Numbered from the stretch's first letter, positions 1-10,130 are shown. The stretch: 64,000 nt of DNA from an uncultured Arcobacteraceae bacterium (GCA_964022095.1 CAXHZO010000003.1:173415-237414), one strand, 5' to 3'. A program made the numbers and translations. Notes: generated by a model not told the origin, from the sequence alone.

Positions 1-1625
1 CCGGCATTATCTTTTATACGAATAACTAATTCAGAGTCTACAGAATCAGCTTTAATCTCTAAATATCTCTCTTGTATATCATTTGTTTCAAATGCATCAA
101 CACTATTACTTAATATATGAATTAAAGCTTGGATTAGTTCACTCTCTTTCCCTGATAGTTGAACACTTTTTGTTTTTGTTGATATATTTATATTAGATAG
201 CTCTAGTTTGGTTTTAAATAAATGCAAAGTTTTAGTAATTGTATTTTTTATATCAAAAACTATTAGCTCTTCATCATTATTAAAAAAGTCTTTTAAATTA
301 TCAATTGTTTTAGATAATTCTTGTGTTGTATTAAAAATTTGTTCATAAGATCTGATTAGTCTTTCTTTTTCTATTTTTTCATTTATTTCTAAATCAATAA
401 TTTGTGCAGATGATAGTGAACTAATAATAGATAATGGCTGTCTCCATTGATGAGATATATTTTCTAAAAGTTCACCCATACTAGCCATTTTTGATTGTTG
501 TAAGAAAATATCTTGGTATTCTCTTTCTTTAGTAATATCAAGTTTAATAGCTAAAAATTCTACAATATTGTCATTTTCATCTTTTATAGGGGTAATTGTA
601 CTTTTCTCATAAACTAAATCACCATTTTTATTTTTATTAATAAATTCACCCTTCCACTCTTTACCTTCATGGATAGTTTTGTGCAGGTTTTTATAAAAGC
701 CAGTATCTAACTCTCCTGAACTAAATAAAGAAGGACTTTTCCCAATAGCTTCTTCTTTTTTAAATCCAGTATTGTTTTCAAAACCTTTATTTACATATTT
801 GATTTTATGATTTATATCAGTAATTAAAACTATATTATCACTAATATCCAAAGCTTTTTTCATCTTTTCTAGTTCAATTTTATTTCTTAATAGTAAGTAA
901 GCATAAGTTGTCAATATAACTATAAATATAAAAAGAATTATAAATAGTATATAAATAAAGTTATTGCTTGTTTTTAAAATTTTATTAGAATACTCTTCAA
1001 ACTCTACAATTACTCTTTTAAACTCTTTTTGTATATGTAACTCTTCCATTTTATTAAGAAGCTCATGTTTTTTTAAATAATATTTAAAAATTATATTTAA
1101 ATGCTTGACTAAAATAGATTCTTCAACACTATAGACTGATATACTTTCTAACTCTTTTTTTATCTCTTGGTTATATATATTCTCTTGAAAATTTAAAGTT
1201 AATGCAATATTATATATATTATCAAACTTATTGGTTTTAATAGAAGATTTTATTTTTTGAACATTTCTTAGAGAGTTATTATATATAGCATCAAAGGATT
1301 TTTGTTTTTGAATTATTTGTATTTGCTTATCTATTAAGGTTTTTAGATTTGTAAGTTTTATATATAGTTCATTGTTTTCAATTTTTTGTAGGTTTTTGAA
1401 AAGATCATTTATTTCTGAAATATTCTTTTCTACTAAATCATAGTTTTTATATTGGCTATGACTTTTTGTAAATATTAGTAAATTAGTATTTAATCTTGAT
1501 ATCTCTGCAATTTTATTATTTAATATTAAATTTGTTTTTATGTCTTTATTTGAATGAAATAAATTATATATTATTGCAAGAGTAATAATAATTAAAAAGA
1601 TGATTAATAATGTGAATTTTTTCAT
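1..1625 (-). CDS. Sensor histidine kinase with DAHL-like periplasmic domain and PAS domain (3' end runs off the window)
   Basis: Not in ORF track (no stop in window). Manual translation from ATG at 1625: MKKFTLLIIFLIIITLAII (TM), LNTNLL...KNYDLV and KSFDAIYNNSLR (DAHL-like), PAS (ITDINHKIKYVNKGFENNTGF...WKGEFINKNKNG), H-box ENISHQWRQPLS, G1 box DNAG at the window edge. Confidence 0.9.
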   Translation of the reverse strand, partial: MKKFTLLIIFLIIITLAIIYNLFHSNKDIKTNLILNNKIAEISRLNTNLLIFTKSHSQYKNYDLVEKNISEINDLFKNLQKIENNELYIKLTNLKTLIDKQIQIIQKQKSFDAIYNNSLRNVQKIKSSIKTNKFDNIYNIALTLNFQENIYNQEIKKELESISVYSVEESILVKHLNIIFKYYLKKHELLNKMEELHIQKEFKRVIVEFEEYSNKILKTSNNFIYILFIILFIFIVILTTYAYLLLRNKIELEKMKKALDISDNIVLITDINHKIKYVNKGFENNTGFKKEEAIGKSPSLFSSGELDTGFYKNLHKTIHEGKEWKGEFINKNKNGDLVYEKSTITPIKDENDNIVEFLAIKLDITKEREYQDIFLQQSKMASMGELLENISHQWRQPLSIISSLSSAQIIDLEINEKIEKERLIRSYEQIFNTTQELSKTIDNLKDFFNNDEELIVFDIKNTITKTLHLFKTKLELSNINISTKTKSVQLSGKESELIQALIHILSNSVDAFETNDIQERYLEIKADSVDSELVIRIKDNA

Positions 1626-1640
1626 TTTAAGTCTTTTCAC

Positions 1641-2558
1641 CTAAATATTTGGCTTTTCACCTGTAAGTGTCTTTAGAAACTCTTCAATATATTCTATATC
1701 TTGTTTTGTGTAGATTGCTCCAATTTGATACTTTAACATAACTTCAATGACCTCTTTTAGACTTTTTACTGAACCGTCGTGTAAATATGGAGATGTTAAT
1801 TCAATATTTCTTAATGTTGGAACTTTAAAGTAAAACTTATCTTCTTCCTCTTTTGTTAGATTATATCTTCCAAAGTGTTTATTTTCATTGGGAAAATAAT
1901 CTGAAATAATACCTACTTTTTGAAATAGGTTTCCTCCAATATTTCTTCCATTATGGCATGAAATACATCCATACTCTTGAAATAATTTATATCCAATTTT
2001 CTCTTTTTTTGTTAATATCTCTTTTTGTCCTTTTAGATATTTATCAAATTTTGAATTAGGTGTTATTAAAGCCTTTTCAAACTCCACAATTGAATTAATG
2101 ATATTTTCTTTAGTGATGGGTGAGTTATATATACTTTTAAACTCTTTTATATAGTTACTATTTTTTGAAAGTTTTTTTATGATTTCAGGAAAACTACTCC
2201 CCATTTCTAGAGGGTTGTGTATTGGATTAATCATTTGTTTTTCTAAGCTTTTTTCTCTTCCATCCCAAGATTGCGCAAAATTATACTTACTATTTAAAAT
2301 CGTAGGGACATTAAAAGTTCCCTTAAAGCCATTTATCCCAATTGCAATTTTGTTTTTATTTGCACCACCATTGTATATATCATGGCATGAAGCACATGAA
2401 ATCGTATTATCAGCACTAAATTTTTTCTCAAAGAATAGTTTTTTCCCTAGTGAAACTTTTTTAGGATCTAATTTATGTGTATCATTTGGTATAGGAGTTA
2501 TAATACTTTTACTTAATAACAATGAAAAAGAAAATAAAACTATAAGTAATTTATTCAT
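1641..2558 (-). CDS. Di-heme cytochrome c peroxidase (bCcP/MauG family)
   Basis: Signal peptide, two CxxCH motifs (CASCH, CISCH), LGKKLFFE, FKVPTLRNIELTSPYLHDGS. Confidence 0.9.
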   Translation of the reverse strand: MNKLLIVLFSFSLLLSKSIITPIPNDTHKLDPKKVSLGKKLFFEKKFSADNTISCASCHDIYNGGANKNKIAIGINGFKGTFNVPTILNSKYNFAQSWDGREKSLEKQMINPIHNPLEMGSSFPEIIKKLSKNSNYIKEFKSIYNSPITKENIINSIVEFEKALITPNSKFDKYLKGQKEILTKKEKIGYKLFQEYGCISCHNGRNIGGNLFQKVGIISDYFPNENKHFGRYNLTKEEEDKFYFKVPTLRNIELTSPYLHDGSVKSLKEVIEVMLKYQIGAIYTKQDIEYIEEFLKTLTGEKPNI

Positions 2559-2579
2559 AATAGATATTCTATCACAGGT

Positions 2580-3491
2580 TTATGTAAATATATTTAAAAA
2601 TAGTATTATGAATAAAGCAGAGATAATTGTTTGTATCGTTATTATTGATGTCATTAGACTTAAATCTCCGCCTAGTTGCCTAGCAAGTATAAAAGAGCTA
2701 GGTGCAGTTGGTAAAACTCCAAATAAAACTAAAATAGTAAGCATCATATTATTTACTTCTAGTATCGTTCCAAATATAAAAATTAAAACTGGTAAAATCA
2801 AAAACTTACCAATACATGTAATAAATAAGTCTTTTTTTGCACTTTTTATCTCTTTTAGTACTAGTGCATATCCAACTGATAAAAGTCCAAGTGGAAGTGC
2901 CGCTTTACTTAAAATTTCAAGTAAATTTTCAAGACTTACATGAAAAGTTATATCTAGAAAGTTGATACTTCCTCCAATAAAACAAGCAATTATTAGTGGA
3001 TTTGTAATTATAGACTTTACTAAATATTTAAAATCTAATTTATCATTATCACTGTAAAGTGCAAAAATAGTTACACAAATTACATTTATAAATGGAATAG
3101 CAAATGTAAGTATAATTGCTGATAAAATTAGACCTTCATCACCAAATATTGAACCACTTAAAGCTAAAAACACATACGTGTTAAATCTAATACCTCCTTG
3201 AACAATAGAAGTAAAAGAACTATTTTTAGTAGGGCTAAGTTTATTAAAAAGCATTAATACAGCCATTGTAAAAAATATTGCAAGAAGTGATGCTAAAACA
3301 AAATTTATACTATTAGCGTGAAATTGTGCACTTGAAAGTTTATATATTAAAAGTGATGGCATTAAAACATAGTATGTTAATTTATCGGCCATTGGCCAAA
3401 ACTCATGGGATGGAAAACTAATTCTTTTAAAAAAGTATCCAATTAATATCAATGAAAAGACTGGAATTAGTGCTGAAAATATATGTATCAT
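2580..3491 (-). CDS. AEC (auxin efflux carrier) family transporter
   Basis: ~10 TM hydrophobic protein, QGGIRFN, PLGLLSVG, PTAPSSFILARQLGGD motifs. Confidence 0.88.
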   Translation of the reverse strand: MIHIFSALIPVFSLILIGYFFKRISFPSHEFWPMADKLTYYVLMPSLLIYKLSSAQFHANSINFVLASLLAIFFTMAVLMLFNKLSPTKNSSFTSIVQGGIRFNTYVFLALSGSIFGDEGLILSAIILTFAIPFINVICVTIFALYSDNDKLDFKYLVKSIITNPLIIACFIGGSINFLDITFHVSLENLLEILSKAALPLGLLSVGYALVLKEIKSAKKDLFITCIGKFLILPVLIFIFGTILEVNNMMLTILVLFGVLPTAPSSFILARQLGGDLSLMTSIITIQTIISALFIILFLNIFT

Positions 3492-3524
3492 GTGGATATA
3501 ATATCAAACAAATCATTAAGTTTT

Positions 3525-3556
3525 CACACTTTTAGCACTCTTTTGAATGTTAAACT
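3525..3556 (+). promoter_or_regulatory. Tandem direct-repeat site plus extended -10 upstream of the AGCS symporter gene
   Basis: CACACTTTT-AG-CACTCTTTT (11-bp period) and TGtTAAACT, with the -10 hexamer 26 nt after the first repeat; same geometry upstream of aspA. Confidence 0.55.
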
Positions 3557-3580
3557 TTCACAAATTAAAAAGGAGACATA

Positions 3581-5029
3581 ATGTTAGCTGAAATTAATTC
3601 GTTTATGAATGACTTAATCTGGGGTAATATATTAATTTATTTATTACCAATTTTAGGAATATTTTTCACAATTAGTTCTAGGTTTGTTCAATTTAGATAC
3701 TTTTTTAAAATGTTTAACATTTTAAGAGATACTGCACATGATAAAGAGGGGCATATTAGTTCTTTTCAAGCTTTAATGCTAAGTGTTGCAGGTAGAGTTG
3801 GTGGAGGAAATATTGCAGGTGTTGCTGTTGCTATTACTCTTGGAGGTCCAGGTGCAGTATTTTGGATGTGGCTAATTGGACTAATTGGTATGGCTACGAG
3901 TTTCTTTGAGTGTTCTTTAGCACAATTATATAAAGAAAAAGATGGCGTAGATTGTAAAGTATATAGAGGAGGGCCTGCCTATTATGCTACTAAGGCATTA
4001 GGTCAAAGATGGCTTGGTATAGTTATCTCAATTTTACTTATGATTACATTTGGATTTGCATTTAATGCAACTCAATCATTTATTATTACTACATCAATTG
4101 AATCTTCATTTTCAATTCCTACTTATGTAACTGGAGTTTTATTAACATTTGTTTTTGCTATTGCAGTATTTGGTGGAATTAAAAGAATTACGAAACTATC
4201 AGAAGTTATTGTTCCTATTATGGCTGTTAGTTATTTACTTATTGCAGTAGTTGTAATTACTTTAAATATTGAAAAAATTCCTGATTTATTTATGCTAATT
4301 GTAAATGAAGCCTTTAACCCAAGTACAGCAATTGCTGGTGGTATTGGTGCAGTTATTTTACAAGGTGCAAAAAGAGGTATGTTCTCAAATGAAGCAGGAC
4401 TTGGAAGTGCACCTAATGTTGCAGCAGTTGCTTATGTAGCACACCCAGTACAACAAGGTATTGTTCAGTCATTCTCAGTATTTATTGATACAATTATCTT
4501 ATGTTCTTGTACAGCATTTATTATTCTTTTATCTGGTGTTTATGTTCCAGGTAGTGAAGGTGTTCAAGGTGTTTTATTAACTCAAAATGCATTAATTGAG
4601 CATATTGGGCCATTTGGTGGATACTTTGTTACATTTGCATTGTTATTATTTGGTTTTTCTTCAATGTTATATAACTACTACTTAGCAGAAAATAGTCTTA
4701 ACTTTTTCTCAAAAGGAAATGTGACACTATTTAATGCTTTTAGAGTATTTTGTATAGTTTTAATTATTTGGGGTTCAATGCAAGATTTAGGTTCTATTTT
4801 TACATTTGCTGATTTATCTATGGGATTATTAGCTGTTATAAATATGATTGTAATTGCATTATTATATAAACCAGTTCTAGCATTGATTAAAGGTTATGAT
4901 AAACAAATTAAAGAGGGTAAAAAACCAGTTTTAAGATATAATAATTATAATGAATTTAATATTGATGAAGATACTTGGAAAGAAATCGTTGATAATATTA
5001 ATGATACAAGATCTAAAGAAAAAGTGTAA
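3581..5029 (+). CDS. Alanine/glycine:cation symporter (AGCS/AlsT family)
   Basis: GRVGGGNIAGVA, GGPGAVFWMW, RGMFSNEAGLGSAP, VFIDTIILCSCTA; AGGAG RBS. Confidence 0.93.
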   Translation: MLAEINSFMNDLIWGNILIYLLPILGIFFTISSRFVQFRYFFKMFNILRDTAHDKEGHISSFQALMLSVAGRVGGGNIAGVAVAITLGGPGAVFWMWLIGLIGMATSFFECSLAQLYKEKDGVDCKVYRGGPAYYATKALGQRWLGIVISILLMITFGFAFNATQSFIITTSIESSFSIPTYVTGVLLTFVFAIAVFGGIKRITKLSEVIVPIMAVSYLLIAVVVITLNIEKIPDLFMLIVNEAFNPSTAIAGGIGAVILQGAKRGMFSNEAGLGSAPNVAAVAYVAHPVQQGIVQSFSVFIDTIILCSCTAFIILLSGVYVPGSEGVQGVLLTQNALIEHIGPFGGYFVTFALLLFGFSSMLYNYYLAENSLNFFSKGNVTLFNAFRVFCIVLIIWGSMQDLGSIFTFADLSMGLLAVINMIVIALLYKPVLALIKGYDKQIKEGKKPVLRYNNYNEFNIDEDTWKEIVDNINDTRSKEKV

Positions 5030-5046
5030 GCACTAGGCTTACACTT
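5022..5046 (+). terminator. Stem-loop between symporter and histidine kinase genes (no clear U-tract)
   Basis: AAGTGTAAGC-actag-GCTTACACTT, 10-bp perfect stem. Confidence 0.5.
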
Positions 5047-5062
5047 GATGTTGAGGTGAAAT

Positions 5063-6169
5063 ATGTTTAATAAAGAAGGAATACCTTTTTTTATAATTAC
5101 AATTCCATTTTTATGTGTTATATTTATAGCCGTATTCTCAACATCATACTATTTGAAAGTTACTCAAGAAAACTTTGAAAAACAAAAACAAGAAATAATA
5201 TTAAACTTCCCAAATAAAGCACAACAGATAATTCAAAAAAAGAGTGACGATCTAAAAAAACAACATAATGATTTTCAAAATTTTATGTTAACTATGACAA
5301 CTATTTTATTGGTTTTTTTAGCTCTTTTCTCTTATTTAATGATGACTATCATTCAAGATTTAATTAAAAAATATGTAGACAAAGTAAATTTAAAAGAGAA
5401 AAAATTACAGCATTTAAATAAAAATTTAGAAACAAAAGTTCAAGCAGGTATTCTAGAAGCAAAACAAAAAGATAGAAAAATTTTAGAACAAGCTAAATTA
5501 GCAAGAATTGGTTCTTTAATTAGTATGATAGCTCATCAATGGAGACAACCTTTAAGTCAATTAAGTGCAATTTTAATGCAACTTGAAACTGCTACAAGAT
5601 TTAAAAAAGTGAATGAAGAACACATATATAAAGCTATTGAAAAAAGCGATGAAATGATTGAATTTATGTCAAATACAATCGATGATTTTAGAAATTTTTA
5701 TAAGCCTGATAAAACAAAAGAGGAGTTTTTATTATCAGATTCATGTAAAAAAGCAATAAGTATTATTGATGCAACTCTATATAATTTGGATATAAAACTT
5801 AATATAAATGTTATTGATGATAAAAAGATATTTGGCTACCCAACTGAGTTTTCACAAGTAATTTTAAATATTTTATCAAATGCCAAAGATATTTTAGTAG
5901 AAAAGAAAATTCAGAACCCTACAATCAATCTAAGTATTGAAAAAAAAGGAATTTTGGGAATTATAGAAATAGAAGACAACGCAGGTGGTATTAGTGAAAA
6001 AAATTTGGAGCTAATTTTTGATCCTTATTTTAGTACAAAAGACTCTTCAAAAGGCACAGGTCTTGGTCTTTATGTTTCAAAATTAATTGTTGAAAAAAAT
6101 ATGGGTGGAGAGCTAAGTGTCCATAATAGTAAAAATGGTGCAGTTTTTAAGATAATAATAGCAGGATAG
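5063..6169 (+). CDS. Two-component sensor histidine kinase (two TM, short periplasmic loop)
   Basis: IAHQWRQPL H-box, QVILNILSNAKD N-box, EDNAGGI, GTGLGLY. Confidence 0.93.
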   Translation: MFNKEGIPFFIITIPFLCVIFIAVFSTSYYLKVTQENFEKQKQEIILNFPNKAQQIIQKKSDDLKKQHNDFQNFMLTMTTILLVFLALFSYLMMTIIQDLIKKYVDKVNLKEKKLQHLNKNLETKVQAGILEAKQKDRKILEQAKLARIGSLISMIAHQWRQPLSQLSAILMQLETATRFKKVNEEHIYKAIEKSDEMIEFMSNTIDDFRNFYKPDKTKEEFLLSDSCKKAISIIDATLYNLDIKLNINVIDDKKIFGYPTEFSQVILNILSNAKDILVEKKIQNPTINLSIEKKGILGIIEIEDNAGGISEKNLELIFDPYFSTKDSSKGTGLGLYVSKLIVEKNMGGELSVHNSKNGAVFKIIIAG

Positions 6170-6172
6170 ATT

Positions 6173-6847
6173 ATGAATACATTTGATTTAGAAGAATTAA
6201 AAGATATGTCAATACTTTGTGTTGAAGATGAAGAGGGTATTAGACAAAATATAGTTAAGACTTTAGAATTTTATTTTAATAATGTATATGAAGCTAGTGA
6301 TGGAATTGAGGGCTTTGAACTATATGAATATTATAGACCAAAAATAGTTTTAACAGATATTCAAATGAAAAACTCAGATGGTATTGAGCTTGTAAAAAAA
6401 ATTAGAGAAAATGATCCAAAAACTATTGTAATAATGCTTACTGCTCATTCCAATGAAGAGTATTTACTTGAGCTTATAAATTTAAATATTAGTCATTTTA
6501 TTTTAAAACCATTAAATACAAAAAAACTAAATGAGGCTTTTTCTAAAATTCTTACAAAACAAGATAATCAAATACTTTTAAATGAAGATTTAATATTAGA
6601 TTTGAAAAAAAGAGAGCTTATTTATAAAGAAGAAATTATATTTTTAAGAAAAAGGGAGAAGGATTTTCTAAGTCTTTTATTTAGTAAAAAAGGCTCTATT
6701 TTAACTTATGAGGAAATAGAGTTTGAAATTTGGCAAGACAAAGAGATGACAAATCATGCTTTAAAATCTTTAGTAAAAGAGATTAGAAATAAACTACCAA
6801 TAAATGTGATAAAAAATGTTCCCCAAGAGGGCTATACTTTAGTTTAA
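6173..6847 (+). CDS. OmpR-family response regulator
   Basis: Receiver (VEDE, LTDIQM, LTAH, KP) plus winged-helix C-terminus (LRKREKDFL...EIRNKL...GYTL). Confidence 0.93.
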   Translation: MNTFDLEELKDMSILCVEDEEGIRQNIVKTLEFYFNNVYEASDGIEGFELYEYYRPKIVLTDIQMKNSDGIELVKKIRENDPKTIVIMLTAHSNEEYLLELINLNISHFILKPLNTKKLNEAFSKILTKQDNQILLNEDLILDLKKRELIYKEEIIFLRKREKDFLSLLFSKKGSILTYEEIEFEIWQDKEMTNHALKSLVKEIRNKLPINVIKNVPQEGYTLV

Positions 6848-7998
6848 AAACTAAAGTTAGCCATTTTCATAAGGGTAATACTTACAGGTTTTATTAAATT
6901 GTCATTAAAATCATAATAGACATTATGACAAGGTTTTTGATGTTTCTCAACTCCATCATCACTTCCAATTAGAGCAAAAGCTCCAGGAATTGTGTTTAAA
7001 TAGTAACTAAAATCTTCACTTGCCATAATTGGAGTTGGAAGATCACTTTTCCAATCTTTTCCTAAAGTTTCTTCTAATTTTTCTCTCATCATAGAAGCTT
7101 GCAAATTATGATTTATAGTTGCACCATATCTATCTCTTAATTCGATTTCAACTTCAACTCCATAAGAATCAGCAGTATTTTTAGTAATAGTTTTAATTTG
7201 CTCAAATACAAAAGTTTTTAACTCATCAGTTGGAACTCTAATACTTCCTTCTAACATAACACTTCCAGGAATTGATGTGACATCACTTTTCCCATCAATT
7301 GAAGTAACTGATACAACTGCACTATCTTGAGGAGATACTTTTCTGCTTATAATTTGTTGTAGATTTAATGTAATTGCACTAGCAGCTAAAACTGGATCAA
7401 TACAAAGTTCAGGTTGAGAAGAATGACCACCTTTTCCTATAACTTTAATATGAAAAGTTCCATTTCCTGCCATAACTGTACCATCTGGGCAAACTGCTTG
7501 ACCAAATTTTATAGCAGGCCAATTGTGCCAACCAAATATCATATCAACACCTTCTAAACATCCTTCTTCAATCATCTTTTTAGCACCATGACCTCCCTCT
7601 TCAGCAGGTTGAAATACTAAAGAGACTGGATTTGTAAGTTTATCTTCATTCTCTTTTAGCCAAATAGCAGCTGCTATTAAAGTAGCAGTATGTCCATCGT
7701 GCCCACAAGCATGCATACATTGAGGTTTTTGTGATTTATAAGACACATCAGTTTTTTCTTCTAATGGAAGGGCATCTATATCACCTCTTAAAGCAATATG
7801 AGGTCCAACTTTGTCTTGTGCCAAAAGACCTACTGTTCCAGTATTTGCATAGGTTTTATAAGGAATTCCATGTTGTTCTAAAACTTCTCTAATATTTTTT
7901 GCTGTATCTGTCTCTTCCCATTTTAATTCAGGGTTTTTATGTAGGTTATGCCTAAAGTTTATAGCATACTCTACTACTTCATCAAAATTTTTATACAT
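6844..7998 (-). CDS. doeB2: M20D amidohydrolase, likely N-acetyl-diaminobutyrate deacetylase (DoeB2-like)
   Basis: LRGDIDALP, MHACGHDGH, FQPAEEGG, GWHNWP, ASEDF; lies directly downstream of a doeA-like remnant. Confidence 0.7.
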   Translation of the reverse strand: MYKNFDEVVEYAINFRHNLHKNPELKWEETDTAKNIREVLEQHGIPYKTYANTGTVGLLAQDKVGPHIALRGDIDALPLEEKTDVSYKSQKPQCMHACGHDGHTATLIAAAIWLKENEDKLTNPVSLVFQPAEEGGHGAKKMIEEGCLEGVDMIFGWHNWPAIKFGQAVCPDGTVMAGNGTFHIKVIGKGGHSSQPELCIDPVLAASAITLNLQQIISRKVSPQDSAVVSVTSIDGKSDVTSIPGSVMLEGSIRVPTDELKTFVFEQIKTITKNTADSYGVEVEIELRDRYGATINHNLQASMMREKLEETLGKDWKSDLPTPIMASEDFSYYLNTIPGAFALIGSDDGVEKHQKPCHNVYYDFNDNLIKPVSITLMKMANFSF

Positions 7999-8020
7999 AT
8001 GATTCCTTTTTTAATTTGAA

Positions 8021-8494
8021 CTATTTTATAAAAAGTTGTCTTGGAAAGTTACTTAAAGTTTCAACTCCATCTTTAGTAATTAAAATACTCTCTGTAATTT
8101 CAACTCCCCAATCTTCTTGCCAAATACCAGGCATAAAGTGAAATGTCATTCCAGGCTCTAATACTGTTAAGTCAGTACTTCTTAAACTACAAGTTCTCTC
8201 ACCCCAATCAGGTGGATAACTAACTCCTATTGGATATCCATATCTTGCATCATTTCTATCAATTCCATATTTATCCATAACACTTTGCGCCGCATTTGCA
8301 ATATCAGCTGTTGTATTTCCCGGTCTTGCCATTTCAAGTCCTGCTTCAATAGTCTCTTGTAAAGCTTTTTGGGCATCTAGAAATTTTTGACTTGGTTTCC
8401 CCATGTAAATAGTTCTAGACATTGGGGCATGATATCTTTTATAACATCCAGATATTTCAAAAAAAGTAGCTTCATTTTTTTTAAATGGGCTACC
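8021..8494 (-). pseudogene. doeA: 3' remnant of ectoine hydrolase DoeA-like M24 peptidase (5' part missing)
   Basis: GSPFKKNEATFFEISGCYKRYHAPMSRT...GYPIGVSYPPDWGERTCSLR...MTFHFMPGIW...EITESI; similarity stops near 8494 and there is an in-frame stop at 8506-8504. Confidence 0.8.
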
Positions 8495-8579
8495 CTTTAA
8501 AACTTATACATGTATTACCTTATCTGAAAAACCAGTAGAAACTTCAAGTGATGAAGAAGATGATTGGAATACTTTTTAA
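8493..8579 (+). pseudogene. Orphan 3' end of an unknown gene ending in an acidic tail ...SSDEEDDWNTF*
   Basis: Open frame PFKTYTCITLSEKPVETSSDEEDDWNTF* begins at the doeA breakpoint with no start codon or RBS; tail resembles the WxxF pentapeptide of chemoreceptors. Confidence 0.45.
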
Positions 8580-8659
8580 AATACTTACCTAAAATTTAAG
8601 AGATATGAAATCAAAGCCTTTATATACTTAAGCCATATAAAAATTATGGAGAGATAATT

Positions 8660-9367
8660 ATGAGTAAAAAAAGAGCTTTAATCACAGGTGGAAATAAAGG
8701 TATTGGTTTAGCAGTATCAGCAGCACTACTTGAACTTGACTATGAGATTGTAGTGGTTGCAAGAAATTTTGATAACTTCCAATTAGGTGGCTTACCAAAT
8801 GTAACGGAAATTCAGTATGATTTATCAGATATTGAAAACTTACCAGTTTTAGCTAAAGAAGTTGGCGAAATAGATGTACTTATAAACAACGCAGGTTATA
8901 TGCAGCCAAAATACACTTATGACAACTATCCAAAAGAAGCAAAAGAACACTTAATGAATGTAGACTTACATGCACCAGTTGAGCTTATGAATCTTTTTAG
9001 TGTTGGCATGAAAAAAAGAAAATATGGAAGAATAGTAAATACAGCTTCAATCGCAGGTCAAATAGGTCACCCAGATGTATGGTATGGTATTGCAAAAGCA
9101 GGACTTATAAATGCTACTAAAATCTATGGAAAACTTCTTGGAAGTGATGGAATTACAGTAAATTGTGTAGCTCCAAGTGCTGCTGAAACTGATATGCAAA
9201 ATGACAATGATGAAAAAAGAAAAGCAGCCTTTAAAGCAGCAGTTGTTACAAATAGATTTGCAGAACCTGAAGAAGTTGCAAAAGCTATTGTTTGGTTAGC
9301 TACTGATTGTCCTGAGTATATAAATGGTATTACTATAGATATAAACAACACTTTCTACGCAAGATAA
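8660..9367 (+). CDS. SDR family oxidoreductase
   Basis: TGGNKGIG, NNAG, catalytic YGIAK (YxxxK); GGAG RBS. Confidence 0.92.
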   Translation: MSKKRALITGGNKGIGLAVSAALLELDYEIVVVARNFDNFQLGGLPNVTEIQYDLSDIENLPVLAKEVGEIDVLINNAGYMQPKYTYDNYPKEAKEHLMNVDLHAPVELMNLFSVGMKKRKYGRIVNTASIAGQIGHPDVWYGIAKAGLINATKIYGKLLGSDGITVNCVAPSAAETDMQNDNDEKRKAAFKAAVVTNRFAEPEEVAKAIVWLATDCPEYINGITIDINNTFYAR

Positions 9368-9444
9368 AACTTTTTATTTAAACATCAAAATAATAAAACA
9401 TACATAAAACATAGATATAATAATATATTTTTTAATTACTCTTT

Positions 9445-9480
9445 TAGAACACTTGTTCTATAATTAGAACAAATGTTCTA
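9445..9480. promoter_or_regulatory. Twin palindromic operator (probable TetR sites) flanking a TATAAT -10 box
   Basis: TAGAACA-CT-TGTTCTA (9445-9460) and TAGAACA-AA-TGTTCTA (9465-9480); TATAAT at 9459-9464; 11 nt before the tetR ATG. Confidence 0.8.
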
Positions 9481-9491
9481 AAAGGTATTTT

Positions 9492-10130
9492 ATGACAAGT
9501 AGAAAAAATCTAATAATTCAAGAATCAATAAATCTTTTTAATGAAAAGGGTTGTATAAATACAAGCACTAGACACATAGCTTCAAAGCTTGGTATTAGTG
9601 TAGGAAATTTGTACTATTATTTTAAAAATAAAGAAGAGATTATCATAGCTATTTATGAAGAGTTTATGTCTTTGATATCAAAACAGCTTACAAGTGTAAA
9701 AGATGGACAAGATTTAGCCTTTGATTATTATGATTTTTTACAACAACAAATGACTTATGAGTTAAAGTATCGTTTTTTCAGACTTGAACTTAACAATATC
9801 TATCAAAACTACCCCAAAGTAAAAGAGGCTTTTGAACAAAGTCATATTCAAAAAAAACAGCAAATAAAATATGTTTACACCCATCAAATAAAATATGGAT
9901 ATATGAAAAGTCTAGATGAAGATGAACTTGATTTTTTAGTATCAAATACTTGGATTATTGTAACTCAATGGGAAATTTATTGGCTCATAGATAAGTTGGA
10001 TGATGAAAAGCAAAGAAGAAGAAATGGTATTTTAAATATTCTATATTTTATAAAACCTTATATGACAATAAAAGGTTTAGAAGATACAAATCTATTAACT
10101 TCAATTAATTATTTAAACAAAAAGGCATAA
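9492..10130 (+). CDS. TetR/AcrR family transcriptional regulator
   Basis: N-terminal HTH LFNEKG...STRHIASKLGISVGNLYYYFKNKEEI. Confidence 0.93.
   Translation: MTSRKNLIIQESINLFNEKGCINTSTRHIASKLGISVGNLYYYFKNKEEIIIAIYEEFMSLISKQLTSVKDGQDLAFDYYDFLQQQMTYELKYRFFRLELNNIYQNYPKVKEAFEQSHIQKKQQIKYVYTHQIKYGYMKSLDEDELDFLVSNTWIIVTQWEIYWLIDKLDDEKQRRRNGILNILYFIKPYMTIKGLEDTNLLTSINYLNKKA

Noticed and set aside
2179-2943. 254-aa plus-strand ORF
   Set aside because: Antisense shadow of the peroxidase and AEC genes; no recognisable motifs
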